A stretch of DNA of 64,000 nucleotides from an uncultured Desulfarculus sp. GTDB lineage: Bacteria > Desulfobacterota > Desulfarculia > Desulfarculales > Desulfarculaceae. Positions 48,042-59,299 of this stretch are shown here, piece by piece (positions within the stretch are counted from its first letter, which is position 1; each line of letters opens with the position of its first letter). The notes under the pieces were generated by a model. That model was not told the origin of the DNA. It was given only the letters and a program-made list of their open reading frames with translations, and searched no databases. The DNA is taken from contig CAXXUK010000001.1 of NCBI GenBank assembly GCA_963665125.2, positions 672,001 to 736,000 on the forward strand. The letters are read 5' to 3'. The position numbers and the translations under genes are program-made.

Positions 48042-48908
48042 TCAGCGCAGGCGCGGGTCCATGGCGTCGCGGATGCCTTCTCCCAGGAGGTTGTAGCCCA
48101 GCACGGTGATCAGGATAGCCAGGCCTGGGAACAGCGACAGCCACCAGCCCAACTGGATGTATGACTTGCCCTGGCCCAGGATGTTGCCCCAGGACGGGTC
48201 CGGGGCCTGGACGCCCAGGCCCAGGAAACTCAGGCCGCTTTCGGTGAGAATGGCTCCGGCCACGCCCAGGGTGGCGGCCACCAAAACCGGGGCCATGGCA
48301 TTGGGCAGGATATGGCGGAAGATGATGCGCATATCGCCCACGCCCAGGCTGCGGGCGGCCAGGACGTATTCCCGCTCCTTGAGGCTCAGAAATTCGGCGC
48401 GCACCAGCCGGGCCACGCCCATCCAGCTTGTCAGGCCAATTACGGCCATGATGTTGATGATGGACGGATCAAGCAGGGCGATTACGGCCAGGATCAGAAA
48501 GAACGTGGGGAAGCACAGCATCATGTCCGTAAAGCGCATGATCACCGAATCGGTCCAGCCGCCGTAGTAGCCGGCCAAAGCGCCAAGGATCACGCCGATG
48601 ATCGTGGCTATGCCGGCAGACACCAGGCCCACCTGGAGGCTGACCCGGCTGCCGTAGATCATCCGGCTGAGCACGTCGCGGCCCAGGTCGTCGGTGCCGA
48701 AGGGGTGGTCCATGCTGGGCGGCAGGAGCACGGCGTCCACGTTGATCTCAAAGGGGTTGTGCGGCGAAAGGATCGGCGCCGACGCGGCCACGACGAGAAG
48801 GAACACGACAATGGCCAGCCCGGCCATGGTCAGGCGGTTTTCGCTGAGAGCCAGCCAGAATTCCCGCCAGCCGCCGCCCACGGAGTTTATGGTTTCGGTT
48901 ACGCTCAT
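48042..48908 (-). CDS. Peptide/nickel ABC transporter permease (OppC/DppC)
   Basis: [38 protein letters not shown]. Confidence 0.93.
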   Translation of the reverse strand: MSVTETINSVGGGWREFWLALSENRLTMAGLAIVVFLLVVAASAPILSPHNPFEINVDAVLLPPSMDHPFGTDDLGRDVLSRMIYGSRVSLQVGLVSAGIATIIGVILGALAGYYGGWTDSVIMRFTDMMLCFPTFFLILAVIALLDPSIINIMAVIGLTSWMGVARLVRAEFLSLKEREYVLAARSLGVGDMRIIFRHILPNAMAPVLVAATLGVAGAILTESGLSFLGLGVQAPDPSWGNILGQGKSYIQLGWWLSLFPGLAILITVLGYNLLGEGIRDAMDPRLR

Positions 48909-49882
48909 CGTGATGTCCTCACCCTGGGGTCAACAAGGGCGTAGCTGATGTCGGCCAGCAGGTTGCCCAAAAGGGTCAAGGCCGCGCCGATGACCAGCCC
49001 GCCCATGACCAGGGGGTAGTCCCGGGCCATTACCGCGTCGTAAAAGAGCTTGCCCAGGCCGGGGATGGCGAAGATGGATTCAAATATCACCGATCCGCCG
49101 ATCAGGCCGGGCAGGGACAGGCCCAGGATCGTGACCAGCGGAAGCATGGCGTTGCGCAGGGCGTGGCGGTAGACGACCGTTCTTTCCCGCAGGCCCTTGG
49201 CCCTGGCCGTGGTGATGTAGTCCTGGCGAATGACTTCGAGCATGTTGCCGCGCATGTAGCGGCTCATGCCGGCCAGACCGGCAAAGGCCGACAGGACCAC
49301 GGGCAGCAGCAGGTGGTGGGCGTAATCGAGGATCTGGCCCATGAACGAGAGCCTGTCGTGGTTCATGCTCTCTATGCCGCTGATGGGCAGCCATCCCAGT
49401 TGAACCCCGAACAGAATCATGCACAAAAGGGCCAGCCAGAAAGTCGGCGTGGCGAATCCGGCGAAAACGAACACGGTCGTGGCCTGGTCGAATACCGAAC
49501 CGCGATGGGTTGCGCTGTACACGCCGATGGGCACGGCCACGACGATGATCAACAGCATGCTCAGCAGGTTGATGGTGATGGTGATGGGAAGGCGCTCGGC
49601 GATCTTGTCCAGGACCGGCCTGCCGTCCGGGGCGAAACTCTGGCCGAAATCCAGGACGGCTAGGCGCTTGAGCCAGTTCCAGTATTGCACGTGCACCGGC
49701 TGGTCCAGCCCGTAGAGCTTGTTCATGCGCTCCATGGCGATCTGGCTCAGCTTGGGGTTCAGGTCCGTGGCTAGGTCGGTGGGCGAACCCGGTGCAAGGT
49801 GCATCACGATAAAGCTAAGGAACGTGATGCCGATGAGCAGGGGGATCATGCCCGACAGGCGTTTGAGCAGATACATCAGCAT
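48905..49882 (-). CDS. Peptide/nickel ABC transporter permease (OppB/DppB)
   Basis: [27 protein letters not shown]. Confidence 0.93.
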   Translation of the reverse strand: MLMYLLKRLSGMIPLLIGITFLSFIVMHLAPGSPTDLATDLNPKLSQIAMERMNKLYGLDQPVHVQYWNWLKRLAVLDFGQSFAPDGRPVLDKIAERLPITITINLLSMLLIIVVAVPIGVYSATHRGSVFDQATTVFVFAGFATPTFWLALLCMILFGVQLGWLPISGIESMNHDRLSFMGQILDYAHHLLLPVVLSAFAGLAGMSRYMRGNMLEVIRQDYITTARAKGLRERTVVYRHALRNAMLPLVTILGLSLPGLIGGSVIFESIFAIPGLGKLFYDAVMARDYPLVMGGLVIGAALTLLGNLLADISYALVDPRVRTSR

Positions 49883-49889
49883 GGGTCGC

Positions 49890-51494
49890 TCACTGGGCCA
49901 GGGTGGTGCGCTGGAGGTCCTTGGGCACCCACCAGCGGATGAAGTTGTAGGTAATGCCCGACACGGCCGGTTCGATGCCCTTGAAGCGGGAGCTGATCAC
50001 CGGCAGGGCGTCGGGTACATATAAAAAAGTATAAGGCTGGTCCTCTGCCAGGATCTCCTGGACCCGGTCGTAGATGGCCTTGCGCTTGGCCCGGTCAAAG
50101 GTAACCCGGCCTTCCACTAAAAGCTTGTCCAGTTCCTCGTTTTTGTAGGAGGTGAAGTTGAGCTTGCCTTCACCGATCTGGTCCGAATGCCACACGTCGT
50201 ACAGGTCCGGGTCCGGGGTCATGGTCCAGGCCAGAAGCACCACCTCGAAACGGCCCTTGTCGATGAATTCCTTTAGAAACGCCGCCCACTCGATGATTCG
50301 GGGCGTGACCTTGATGCCGATCTGGGCCAGGCGGTGCTGGACGATCACCGCCGAATTTTCGCGGTATTTATTGCCCTGGTTGGTCAGCAGGACAAACTCG
50401 AATCGTTCGCCGTTTTTATCCAGCCAGCCGTCGCCGTCCGAGTCGGTCCAGCCGGCCTGGGCCAATAACTCCTTGGCCTTGGCCGGGTCAAAGGGATATT
50501 TGCGCACATTGGGGTTGTACCAGTAGGTGCCCGGCTTGTATGGGCCGGAGGCCTCCTTGCCCAGGCCCAGGAGCACGCCCTTGATGATTTCCTGTTTGTT
50601 GATGGCGTGGGTAAGAGCCCGGCGCACCCGCACGTCTTGAAAACGGGGGTCCTTGAGATTGTAGCCCAGATAGGTGTAGCTGCTGGCAAGGTAACGGTAT
50701 TTGCAAAACTTTTCCTTGAATTCGGGGGACTCGGTCTGGCGGCGGTATTTAAGGGCGGTAAGACCCATCCAGTCGATGCCGCCTGCCTTGAGCTCCAGAA
50801 ACAGGGTGGAGTCGTCGGGAATGACCCGGTAGATGACATTGTCCAGGTTGGGGCGGCCCTCGAAGTAGCCGTCGTAATAAACCAGTTCCAGGCGCGAGCC
50901 TGGAATCCAGCGGTGGAATATATATGGTCCGGTGCCTATGGGATGGCGGTTCAGGGGCGACTGGCGCACATCCTTGCCCTCCAGCAGGTGGGCGGGCATC
51001 TGGGGCAAAGACCACGAGGCCAGGGCCGGTGCGAACGGTTCGTTGTAGGTCACCCGGAACGTGTAGCGGTCCGGCGCTTCGGCCGTGGCCACTTTCATGT
51101 AGTCCCCGCCATAGGGCGTGGGCGTCTGGGGATCGATCATGAACTTGTAGTTGAACAGGGCGTCCCGGGAGGTGTATTCAACGCCGTCATGAAACTTGAC
51201 GCCTTTGCGCAAATGAAAGGTGATGACCAAGCCGTCGGGGCTTACGTCCCAGGATTCGGCCAGATCACCGACGATGTTGAGATCCTTGTCGTATTTGATC
51301 AGGCCGTTGTAGCAAAATCCGGACATCTCGTGACTGGAGCTGTCCGAGGTGATCATGGGGATTAGGCTGGTGGCGTCGCCGATGGTGCCGATGATGATCC
51401 TGCCGCCGTTTACCGGTTCAACGCCGCAAAGGGCGGGTGCGGTCAGCGACAGCGTAATTAATAAAGCGGCTAGACTCCGCAAGACCTTTTTCAT
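49890..51494 (-). CDS. Peptide/nickel ABC substrate-binding protein (family 5)
   Basis: [11 protein letters not shown]...[25 protein letters not shown]. Confidence 0.93.
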   Translation of the reverse strand: MKKVLRSLAALLITLSLTAPALCGVEPVNGGRIIIGTIGDATSLIPMITSDSSSHEMSGFCYNGLIKYDKDLNIVGDLAESWDVSPDGLVITFHLRKGVKFHDGVEYTSRDALFNYKFMIDPQTPTPYGGDYMKVATAEAPDRYTFRVTYNEPFAPALASWSLPQMPAHLLEGKDVRQSPLNRHPIGTGPYIFHRWIPGSRLELVYYDGYFEGRPNLDNVIYRVIPDDSTLFLELKAGGIDWMGLTALKYRRQTESPEFKEKFCKYRYLASSYTYLGYNLKDPRFQDVRVRRALTHAINKQEIIKGVLLGLGKEASGPYKPGTYWYNPNVRKYPFDPAKAKELLAQAGWTDSDGDGWLDKNGERFEFVLLTNQGNKYRENSAVIVQHRLAQIGIKVTPRIIEWAAFLKEFIDKGRFEVVLLAWTMTPDPDLYDVWHSDQIGEGKLNFTSYKNEELDKLLVEGRVTFDRAKRKAIYDRVQEILAEDQPYTFLYVPDALPVISSRFKGIEPAVSGITYNFIRWWVPKDLQRTTLAQ

Positions 51495-51644
51495 TTGCTC
51501 CCCTGGTTGGCGGATTTGTTGGGCCATGATCAAACGAACCAGCGTCAGTTTAATCATAGCCCCGCCGCCGTGGCAAGGGATTTGCCCTGCTTGACGGTGG
51601 GTTGGCGGACTGCTACTATCCGTTTAGCCCCAAAGGAGGCCAAA

Positions 51645-52160
51645 TTGGAAGCTAAACAGTTGTTGGAATTGATCAAATCTCGCCACAGCATCCGCCGCTA
51701 CTCCCAGCGGCAGGTGGACGACGATTTGTTAGAGCAAATACTCGAAGCCGGTCGATGGGCCCCCAGCGGCCAGAACAACCAGCCCTGGCGGTTCGTGGTC
51801 GTACGCAGCGAATCGGTGCGGGGTGAACTGGCCGGAATGACCAAATACGGCAAGATAATCGAGCGGGCGCCCGTAAGTATTTGTACGTTCATGCATAAAC
51901 CCTCAATGTATAATCAGATTAAAGACGTCCAGGGCATCGGGGCCTGCCTGGAAAACATGCTGCTTATGGCCCATGGCCTGGGTCTTGGCGCGGTCTGGCT
52001 GGGCGAGATATTAAAGAACGCCGACCAGGTTAGCCGGGCGGTGGGCCTGAACGAAGATTATGAGCTCATGGCCGTGGTGGCCCTTGGCTGGCCGGAAGGC
52101 GATCCCAAGCAGACCGCCAGAATGGATATGGACGAGCTCGTTGTTGGCAGACTGAACTAA
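51645..52160 (+). CDS. Nitroreductase family protein
   Basis: RHSIRRY, APSGQNNQPWRFVVV, GLGAVW; TTG start after AAGGAGG. Confidence 0.9.
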   Translation: MEAKQLLELIKSRHSIRRYSQRQVDDDLLEQILEAGRWAPSGQNNQPWRFVVVRSESVRGELAGMTKYGKIIERAPVSICTFMHKPSMYNQIKDVQGIGACLENMLLMAHGLGLGAVWLGEILKNADQVSRAVGLNEDYELMAVVALGWPEGDPKQTARMDMDELVVGRLN

Positions 52161-52189
52161 ACCCGATGACCAATTCGAAGGGAAGCATT

Positions 52190-52633
52190 ATGAAGCTCAA
52201 GACTTGTTTGGCCATTCTTACGGTTGCCGTTTCCATGTTGACCGTCACCGGTTGCAGCCTTTTCAACCAACAACAGGCCGCCTCCGCGGTGGATGACCAG
52301 CAGATGGCCTCACAGCAGGCCCTGAGCAAGTATTACGACTTTGACGACGTGCAGGTGCCCGCCAAGATGAAGCTGGACAAGGACCGCTCCAATGTCATGA
52401 GGGTGGGCGATTTCAAGGCCGGCGTCATCGTGCTCAGCGCCAACCTGGACGGCGAGAGCCTGACCAACTTCTTTTTGGAAGCCATGGCCAAGGACAACTG
52501 GAAGCTCAAGGGGTCGGACAAGTATCCTGGCATTTACCTGTTCTTCGCCAAGCCCGGCAAGGCCGCTGTAGTCCGGATCTCGGAAGGGACCATGGACACC
52601 GTGGTGGAGATATGGGTGATACCGGCCAATTAA
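52190..52633 (+). CDS. Lipoprotein of unknown function
   Basis: Signal peptide with lipobox VTGC; YYDFDDVQVP. Confidence 0.75.
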   Translation: MKLKTCLAILTVAVSMLTVTGCSLFNQQQAASAVDDQQMASQQALSKYYDFDDVQVPAKMKLDKDRSNVMRVGDFKAGVIVLSANLDGESLTNFFLEAMAKDNWKLKGSDKYPGIYLFFAKPGKAAVVRISEGTMDTVVEIWVIPAN

Positions 52634-52643
52634 GGAACTATCG

Positions 52644-53861
52644 ATGAGCGTGGAAAAAGGCAGAGTGCTGCTTGGGGTCAGCGGCGGTATCGCCGCCTAC
52701 AAGGCCGCCGAGATCGCCAGCACCTTGACGAAGCTGGGGCACCCGGTGCGGGTGGCCATGACGGCCAACGCTGAAAAATTCATCGGGGCGCTTACCTTTG
52801 CCGCGCTTACCGGTTTCCCGGTGACGCGCGACCAAGACCTCTTTGACCCGTCCCAGGAGAGCACCATAGGCCATATCGAGTTGGCGCGCTGGGCCCAGGT
52901 CGTGATCCTGGCCCCGGCCACGGCCAACATCATCGCCAAGGCCGCCTTTGGCCTGGGTGACGATTTCCTCAGCACCGTGCTTTTGGCCACCGAGGCGCCT
53001 CTGCTCATCGCTCCAGCCATGAATCCAGCCATGTTCGTTCATCCGGCCACCAGGGAAAACCTGGCCAAGCTCGAAGCCAGGGGCGCCATTGTCGTTGGCC
53101 CGGGCTGCGGCCCGACGGCCTGCGGGGAAGAGGGCAGAGGCCGCATGGCCGAGCCTGCCGAGATCGTCGAAAAAGCCCTGGACATCCTGGCGCACCAGGA
53201 TTTGGTGGGCCTCAAGGTCCTGGTTTCGGCCGGTCCCACCAGGGAGCACCTGGACCCGGTTCGCTATCTGAGCAACCCCAGCACCGGCCGCATGGGCATC
53301 GAGGTTGCCAGGGCCGCACGCAGACGCGGCGCGGAGGTGACTCTGGTCCTGGGGCCCACCCTGTTGACCCCGCCGCCGGGCGTCAGGGTCCTGCCGGTGG
53401 TCAGCGCCGAGGAAATGGCGAATGCAATCCTGGCCGAGGCGGAACACGCCCACGTGGTGATCAAGTCCGCGGCGGTCAGCGATTACCGGCCCGAGACGTG
53501 CCACCCCCAAAAGGTGAAAAAGGGCGCCCTGCCCGAGGAGGTTTGCAGCCTCAAGGGCACCATGGACATCCTGGCCGAACTGGGCCGCCGCAAAAAAGAT
53601 CATATTCTGGTCGGCTTTGCCGCCGAAACCGAGGAAGTGCTCAAACACGGCCGGGAAAAGCTGGAGCGCAAGAACCTGGACCTGCTTCTGGCCAATGACG
53701 TGTCGGCCGATGACGCCGGGTTCGCCGCCGAGACCAACCGGGCCCATCTGATATTCGCCGACGGCACCACCGAGGCGTTGCCCTTGATGCCCAAGCTGGA
53801 GATGGCCCACCGCCTGTTGGATCACGTGGCCAGGCTGGCCGGACGTCGGGAGAAGCCGTGA
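52644..53861 (+). CDS. coaBC: Bifunctional phosphopantothenoylcysteine decarboxylase/ligase
   Basis: [51 protein letters not shown]. Confidence 0.96.
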   Translation: MSVEKGRVLLGVSGGIAAYKAAEIASTLTKLGHPVRVAMTANAEKFIGALTFAALTGFPVTRDQDLFDPSQESTIGHIELARWAQVVILAPATANIIAKAAFGLGDDFLSTVLLATEAPLLIAPAMNPAMFVHPATRENLAKLEARGAIVVGPGCGPTACGEEGRGRMAEPAEIVEKALDILAHQDLVGLKVLVSAGPTREHLDPVRYLSNPSTGRMGIEVARAARRRGAEVTLVLGPTLLTPPPGVRVLPVVSAEEMANAILAEAEHAHVVIKSAAVSDYRPETCHPQKVKKGALPEEVCSLKGTMDILAELGRRKKDHILVGFAAETEEVLKHGREKLERKNLDLLLANDVSADDAGFAAETNRAHLIFADGTTEALPLMPKLEMAHRLLDHVARLAGRREKP

Positions 53862-54565
53862 GTTCGCCGTTGCGTGAACTGCTGGCCAACCTGGAGTGCC
53901 GGGGGCGTCTCGGGTTCGGCTTGGTAGACGGGGGCCACGCGGAATTGGAGGCCATTGCCGCCAAGTTCGCCCCGGCCCCGGCCGTCAAAGCCCAAATGCC
54001 CATCGATACTACGCAATACGCAAGCCTTGAAGACATCCGCTCCCACATGGGACAATGTAACAAATGCCCCTTGCACAGGGGGCGGACCAACATAGTCTTT
54101 GGCCAGGGGCCAGATAACGCCAAGGTGATGTTCATTGGCGAGGCCCCGGGAGCCCAGGAAGACAAGCAGGGCCTGCCTTTCGTGGGCCCGGCCGGTCATC
54201 TGTTGGACCGCATGCTGCAAGCGGTGGGCCTGCACAGGTCGCAAGTCTATATCACCAACATCGTTAAGTGCCGCCCGCCGGGCAACCGCGACCCCGAAGC
54301 GGCCGAAGCGGCGGCATGCCGGCCATACCTGGACGCCCAGGTAAAGGCCCTGGAGCCGGAGGTCATCTGCACCCTGGGGCGTCCGGCGGCCCAGGCCGTT
54401 TTGAACAGCACGGCGCCCATCAGCGCCATGCGCGGCAACTGGCAACAGGCCTGGGGCCTGCCGCTGTTGCCCACGTTCCACCCGGCCTATCTGCTGCGCT
54501 CGCCCCAGCACAAGGCCGCGGCCTATCAGGACCTCAAGGCGCTGGTCCGCAAGTTGAATATCTGA
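53858..54565 (+). CDS. Uracil-DNA glycosylase, family 4 (Fe-S)
   Basis: [35 protein letters not shown]. Confidence 0.93.
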   Translation: MSSPLRELLANLECRGRLGFGLVDGGHAELEAIAAKFAPAPAVKAQMPIDTTQYASLEDIRSHMGQCNKCPLHRGRTNIVFGQGPDNAKVMFIGEAPGAQEDKQGLPFVGPAGHLLDRMLQAVGLHRSQVYITNIVKCRPPGNRDPEAAEAAACRPYLDAQVKALEPEVICTLGRPAAQAVLNSTAPISAMRGNWQQAWGLPLLPTFHPAYLLRSPQHKAAAYQDLKALVRKLNI

Positions 54566-54585
54566 CCTCTATCACGGGAGGCTCC

Positions 54586-55902
54586 ATGAACGCTGTCAAG
54601 GCTGCGATACTGGTTCTGGTGGCCCTGGTGGCGGCGGGCCTGTGCGCCGTCACTCCGGCGGCGGAGCAGGGCGGACAGCCCGGTCAGGGGCCGGTGTGGG
54701 TCATCGCCCTGGCCGATACGGTCAACCCCGGCAGCGCCGACTACATCCAGCGGTCGCTGGTCAGCGCCGAGGCCGACGATGCCTCGCTGATCGTCATCAT
54801 GTTGGATACGCCGGGCGGTCTGGTGACGTCCATGCGCGAAATGGTACGGGCCATACTGGCCTGCCCGGTTCCGGTGGCCGTTTATGTGTCTCCGGCGGGG
54901 GCCAGGGCCACCAGCGCCGGGGCGTTTCTGGTGCTGGCCGGTCATGTGACGGCAATGGCCCCGGCCACACACTTGGGCGCGGCCTCGCCTGTCAGCGGCA
55001 CGGGCCAGGACATCGGCGGAACCATGGGTAAAAAGGCCGTCAGCGACCTCAGCGCCTTGGCCGCCAGCCTGGCCAAAAAACGCGGCATTGACCCCAAACT
55101 GGCCACGGAAATGGTCACCGACGCCCGCAGCTTTGACGCGGCCGAGGCCTTGAAGCTCAAGCTCGTGGATTTGACGGCAATTGACCTCAACGACCTGTTG
55201 GTCAAGCTGGAAGGCAAGACCGTGGAGACCGGCGCGGGCAAGCGGGTCATCGCCACCGTGGGCCGCAGGCTGCATTTTTCCGGGCCCACCTGGCGCGACC
55301 ACCTGCTCAGCCTGCTGGCCAGCCCCAACCTGGCCTATATCCTGATGATGATCGGCCTGGCCGGACTGTATTTCGAACTGAGCCATCCCGGAGCAATCCT
55401 GCCCGGAGTGGTGGGCGCGGCAAGCCTGATCCTGGCCTTTTTCGCCATGAGCACCCTGCCTGTTTCCTATGCCGGGCTGGCCCTGATTCTGTTGGCCCTG
55501 GTCTTGTTCATCGCCGAGATAAAGGTCGTCAGCTATGGCATGCTGTCGGTGGGCGGCATCATCTGCCTTGTGTTGGGCTCGGTAATGCTATTTGACAACG
55601 ACGAGCAGCTCGTGCGTATTTCCATATCGGTAATGGCCCCGGTGCTCACGGCCGTGGCGGCGTTTTTCGTATGTCTGGCCTATCTGGCCGGCAAGGCCCA
55701 GCTTAAAAAGAGCGTCACCGGCAGCGAGGGCCTGGTTGGCCTCTACGGCGAGGTGACGGGCAACGGCTGGGTGCGGGTCCATGGGGAGTTGTGGAAGGCC
55801 CCGGGGACTGAAGGCTATGAGCAGGGAACCAGGATCGTGGTCCGGGGCATGGAAGGCATGGAACTGGACGTGGAACCGGCCGCAAGGCAAAAGGATGATT
55901 AG
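54586..55902 (+). CDS. nfeD: NfeD membrane-bound serine protease
   Basis: LDTPGG, SAGA, GAASPV, TM region, GELWKA OB domain; next to an SPFH gene. Confidence 0.92.
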   Translation: MNAVKAAILVLVALVAAGLCAVTPAAEQGGQPGQGPVWVIALADTVNPGSADYIQRSLVSAEADDASLIVIMLDTPGGLVTSMREMVRAILACPVPVAVYVSPAGARATSAGAFLVLAGHVTAMAPATHLGAASPVSGTGQDIGGTMGKKAVSDLSALAASLAKKRGIDPKLATEMVTDARSFDAAEALKLKLVDLTAIDLNDLLVKLEGKTVETGAGKRVIATVGRRLHFSGPTWRDHLLSLLASPNLAYILMMIGLAGLYFELSHPGAILPGVVGAASLILAFFAMSTLPVSYAGLALILLALVLFIAEIKVVSYGMLSVGGIICLVLGSVMLFDNDEQLVRISISVMAPVLTAVAAFFVCLAYLAGKAQLKKSVTGSEGLVGLYGEVTGNGWVRVHGELWKAPGTEGYEQGTRIVVRGMEGMELDVEPAARQKDD

Positions 55903-55951
55903 TCCATGAGACGATTGACGGCGCAATGGCCGTAATTACGGGGAGGTGGTG

Positions 55952-56758
55952 ATGGGCGGCTTTTTTTCTTCTTTATTCGGATATTTCGAAGCGTTTGTCG
56001 GCGGTATCCTGCCGCTGACCGTTTTGGTGATTCTGTTCCTTTTCGCGGCGCTGAAGGTGCTGCGCGAATACGAGCGCGGCGTAGTCTTCCGCCTGGGGCG
56101 GGTCATCGCGGCCAAGGGCCCTGGTTTGATCATCCTGATCCCCTTGATCGACCGCATGGTAAAGATCAGCCTGCGCACCGTGGCCATGGACGTGGCGCCC
56201 CAGGACGTTATCACCAAGGACAACGTATCGGTAAAGGTCAACGCGGTGGTCTACTTTCGGGTCATGGACCCGGTAAAGTCCGTGGTGCAGGTGGAAGATT
56301 ATCTTTTCGCCACCGGCCAGTTGGCCCAGACCACGCTCAGGAGCGTTTGCGGCCAGATGGAACTTGACGAACTGCTTTCCGAGAGGGACAAGATCAACGG
56401 TGAGTTGCAGCAGATTCTAGATCAGCAGACGGACGCCTGGGGCATCAAGGTGAGCATCGTCGAGCTCAAGCACATCGACCTGCCTTCGGAGATGCAGCGG
56501 GCCATGGCCCGTCAGGCCGAGGCCGAGCGCGAGCGGCGGGCCAAGATTATCAACGCCGAGGGCGAGTATCAGGCCGCCGAGCGCCTGGCTGATGCCGCCG
56601 CCATCATCGCCGAGCACCCCCAGGCACTGCAACTGCGTTATCTGCAAACCCTGCGGGAAGTGGCGTCGGAAAACAACTCCACCACGCTGTTCCCCATACC
56701 GCTTGATTTATTCAAACCGTTCATGAAAATGGTTGATAAATCGGCCGACAACCAGTAA
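55952..56758 (+). CDS. SPFH/stomatin (slipin) family protein
   Basis: [42 protein letters not shown]. Confidence 0.94.
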   Translation: MGGFFSSLFGYFEAFVGGILPLTVLVILFLFAALKVLREYERGVVFRLGRVIAAKGPGLIILIPLIDRMVKISLRTVAMDVAPQDVITKDNVSVKVNAVVYFRVMDPVKSVVQVEDYLFATGQLAQTTLRSVCGQMELDELLSERDKINGELQQILDQQTDAWGIKVSIVELKHIDLPSEMQRAMARQAEAERERRAKIINAEGEYQAAERLADAAAIIAEHPQALQLRYLQTLREVASENNSTTLFPIPLDLFKPFMKMVDKSADNQ

Positions 56759-56826
56759 ACTCCCGCTTTTGAGAAACCAGTCGGCCTCTAGCGGGCTGTT
56801 AACATTTTTGGAGGAAGATTCTAGCC

Positions 56827-57273
56827 ATGGCGGAAGATCAGGTCAAAGACCAGGCCCAAGAGGAAACCCCGGCGGCCGAAGAGACCACCGAAACTGCGGA
56901 AGCCACCGAGGCTCCTGAGGCCAAGCCCAAAGACGCCCAGGAACAAGAGGAAGAACTCTTTGGTAAACCGCTGGACAAGATGACGGTTAAGGAACTCCGC
57001 GAATTGGCCCTGACCTTGAAGGGCATCGTGGGCGTCCACAGCATGAAAAAAGACGAACTCATTGAGGCCATCAGGGACGTCAAGGGTATCGTTGTCAGCG
57101 AGGGTGAAAAGAAAAACGCCCGTGCCATTCGCCGCATCAAACAGGAAATCCGCGAGTTGCGCCAAAAGCGCGACCAGGCTTTGGAAGCCGGCGAAAAGGC
57201 CAAGGTCGGCCAGCTTCGCAAACGCATCAGCCGTTTGAAGAAGCAAACCCGCCGTTTGGCCGCCGCCAGCTAG
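56827..57273 (+). CDS. Rho N-terminal-like (helix-extension-helix) domain protein
   Basis: LDKMTVKELRELA...GVHSMKKDELIEAI; acidic N-terminus, basic C-terminus. Confidence 0.7.
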   Translation: MAEDQVKDQAQEETPAAEETTETAEATEAPEAKPKDAQEQEEELFGKPLDKMTVKELRELALTLKGIVGVHSMKKDELIEAIRDVKGIVVSEGEKKNARAIRRIKQEIRELRQKRDQALEAGEKAKVGQLRKRISRLKKQTRRLAAAS

Positions 57274-57300
57274 AGTCCGCTCCGCTATATAGCCTTTTAT

Positions 57301-57336
57301 GCAGGCCTTGTCATGGTTAATGGCAAGGCCTGCTTT
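57301..57336 (+). terminator. Intrinsic terminator
   Basis: GCAGGCCTTGTCAT / ATGGCAAGGCCTGC followed by TTT. Confidence 0.65.
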
Positions 57337-57850
57337 ACGTAACCTTCCCCAAATGGCAAAATTCTCTAGTTTTCGCGTGACGGCGCGGCGTGGCTGAATG
57401 CCCGTGGTCCATCACTTGGTGGCTTTCAGCATTCATGAGGTAATCGCTAATAATTAATAGATGTTGTGGTTTGTTGGTACGCTGACGGAAGCCTTGATAA
57501 AACAAATTGCAGCACTACTTATTGGGCTAATCTCACGAAAGAAAACTTGCTGGCGATTGTCCTTGTAGATGTATTCGCAATGCTGGCTGATGTTCTTAAT
57601 ATATATTGCTGGACCAAGTTTCGTACATGCGTCATAATCTCGAAGTACAATTGTTTCCCAACTCGTGAAAGCAAGCCCAGGAATATTCTTCTTCGCTATT
57701 TTTCCATCCAAAAGGGCACTCAGGAAAACTCGCTAATCAGCGTCAAAAAAGCAATCGGGATAAGGACGCTTGTTCATACTGATATTGGGATCCAAGCTTT
57801 CTAGTGGGACCGCGCGATGAAAAATAGCTAACCTGCTGAGATGCCATAAA

Positions 57851-59200
57851 ATGAAACGGTATGGATTAGACACCTTATTGAAACGCCTGTATTTATCAAG
57901 ACGCATAGCTGACGATCCCGATGCGTTGCTTTTCGCCAAAGAAGAAATGTTGAATTGGCGGGAACGTACTTTTAGCCGGGTGTTTATCACTCTTATGGTC
58001 ATATCGGCCATTGTTTATATACCCCCATTGGTTACTGCGATAGGGGCCGGTTTATGGTGGGTTGGTGTTAATTATTTCGTATCTTTGCTTGTCTTGTTTT
58101 TATTGGTCTACCTTAAAAAACTTCCTTTTGAAATTAGAGCCGGATTTGGTGTTTTGCTTTTGATGGGTATTGGTTGGAGTACCCTTCACATGAGCGGTCT
58201 TTACGGCAGCGGTCGTCTTTGGCTCTTTCTTTGTCCCATTGTGGCTGGGATGTTCTTGGGAATGAGGGCGGGCTTGCTTGCCCTGTTTGCCGACGCGGCA
58301 ATCTTGTTTTACTACACTATTTACGGTGGACAAAAAGATCTTGTCTGGCACTCTTTGGCGTTTGATGCGAATCATGTAAAGGCCTGGTCCGTTACGGGCA
58401 GTACGTTTGTCGTATTAAGTCTGGTCGGCCTAATAACGATTGTTTCAATGCTCAAGTTTTTGGAACACAATTTCAACCTTTCGAAATCATTGCAAGACTC
58501 ATTGGAAAAAGAACAGGAACGCCTAAAGGAATCCAACCGACTGTTGAAATTCCAAAAAGCCGCGACTCAACAATACCTTGATTTGGCCGGAATCATGCTG
58601 ACCATAGACTTGAATTTAAACATTCGGATGGGCAATAAAGGATTCTGTACTTTGGTGGGTCTTTCCGAGGAACAGCTTGTTGGTATGGACCTCTTTAATA
58701 GTCTCGGTACATCGGAAAACCGTAACGAATTTCAGCGCTTTTTACTAGGGATGTATAACAGGGATCTGCCCGATTCAGAATACTTTGAGGCGGCAGTGAT
58801 CAACGCTCAAGGTGCCGAGAGGATAATCGCATGGCATTGCCGAATATTTAATAGCGGCCAAGACAGCGCGCCAAGCATACTTTTATATGGCGAAGATATT
58901 ACTTTGCGTAAACAGGCCGAGAAAGAACGCTTAAAACAGGAAAAAGTAATAAGCGCAATCGAAACCGCCGGAGCGGTTTGCCATGAAATGAACCAGCCCT
59001 TGCAGGCGCTTATGCTGAATACCGAAATTATGATCAAACGGCCGAGTACGGAATTGAACGAAAAACGACTTCGGGTTTTATTGAATGAAATAAGCCGGAT
59101 GGCCGCAATTACCAATAAATTGCAGAAGATTACCAGCTACGAAACTCGCGATTATGTGGACGGCGCCAAAATTCTGGATATAGATAAATCAACCAGCTAA
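57851..59200 (+). CDS. Membrane PAS sensor with HisKA H-box but no ATPase domain
   Basis: About 6 TM segments, PAS ending EDITLRK, AGAVCHEMNQPL, then about 70 aa to the stop. Confidence 0.82.
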   Translation: MKRYGLDTLLKRLYLSRRIADDPDALLFAKEEMLNWRERTFSRVFITLMVISAIVYIPPLVTAIGAGLWWVGVNYFVSLLVLFLLVYLKKLPFEIRAGFGVLLLMGIGWSTLHMSGLYGSGRLWLFLCPIVAGMFLGMRAGLLALFADAAILFYYTIYGGQKDLVWHSLAFDANHVKAWSVTGSTFVVLSLVGLITIVSMLKFLEHNFNLSKSLQDSLEKEQERLKESNRLLKFQKAATQQYLDLAGIMLTIDLNLNIRMGNKGFCTLVGLSEEQLVGMDLFNSLGTSENRNEFQRFLLGMYNRDLPDSEYFEAAVINAQGAERIIAWHCRIFNSGQDSAPSILLYGEDITLRKQAEKERLKQEKVISAIETAGAVCHEMNQPLQALMLNTEIMIKRPSTELNEKRLRVLLNEISRMAAITNKLQKITSYETRDYVDGAKILDIDKSTS

Positions 59201-59245
59201 ACGGATGTCGGGCGCTGCTTAATAAAAGGAATGGGTTGTTATAGC

Positions 59246-59286
59246 AACGGAGCATTATCCTTCCCAGGACAATGCTCCGTTTTTTA
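59246..59286. terminator. Terminator between convergent genes
   Basis: AACGGAGCATT / AATGCTCCGTT followed by a T run. Confidence 0.75.
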
Positions 59287-59299
59287 TGTGGCGTTGGTA

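Noticed and set aside
52638..55386. Long minus-strand ORFs
   Set aside because: Antisense shadows of coaBC, udg and nfeD.
57350..57420. c-di-GMP-I riboswitch (GGCAAA start)
   Set aside because: Lacks the GAAA tetraloop stem and the GCAAAGC second stem.
57454..57804. Short ORFs in the AT-rich spacer
   Set aside because: No recognisable motif or RBS; atypical composition.
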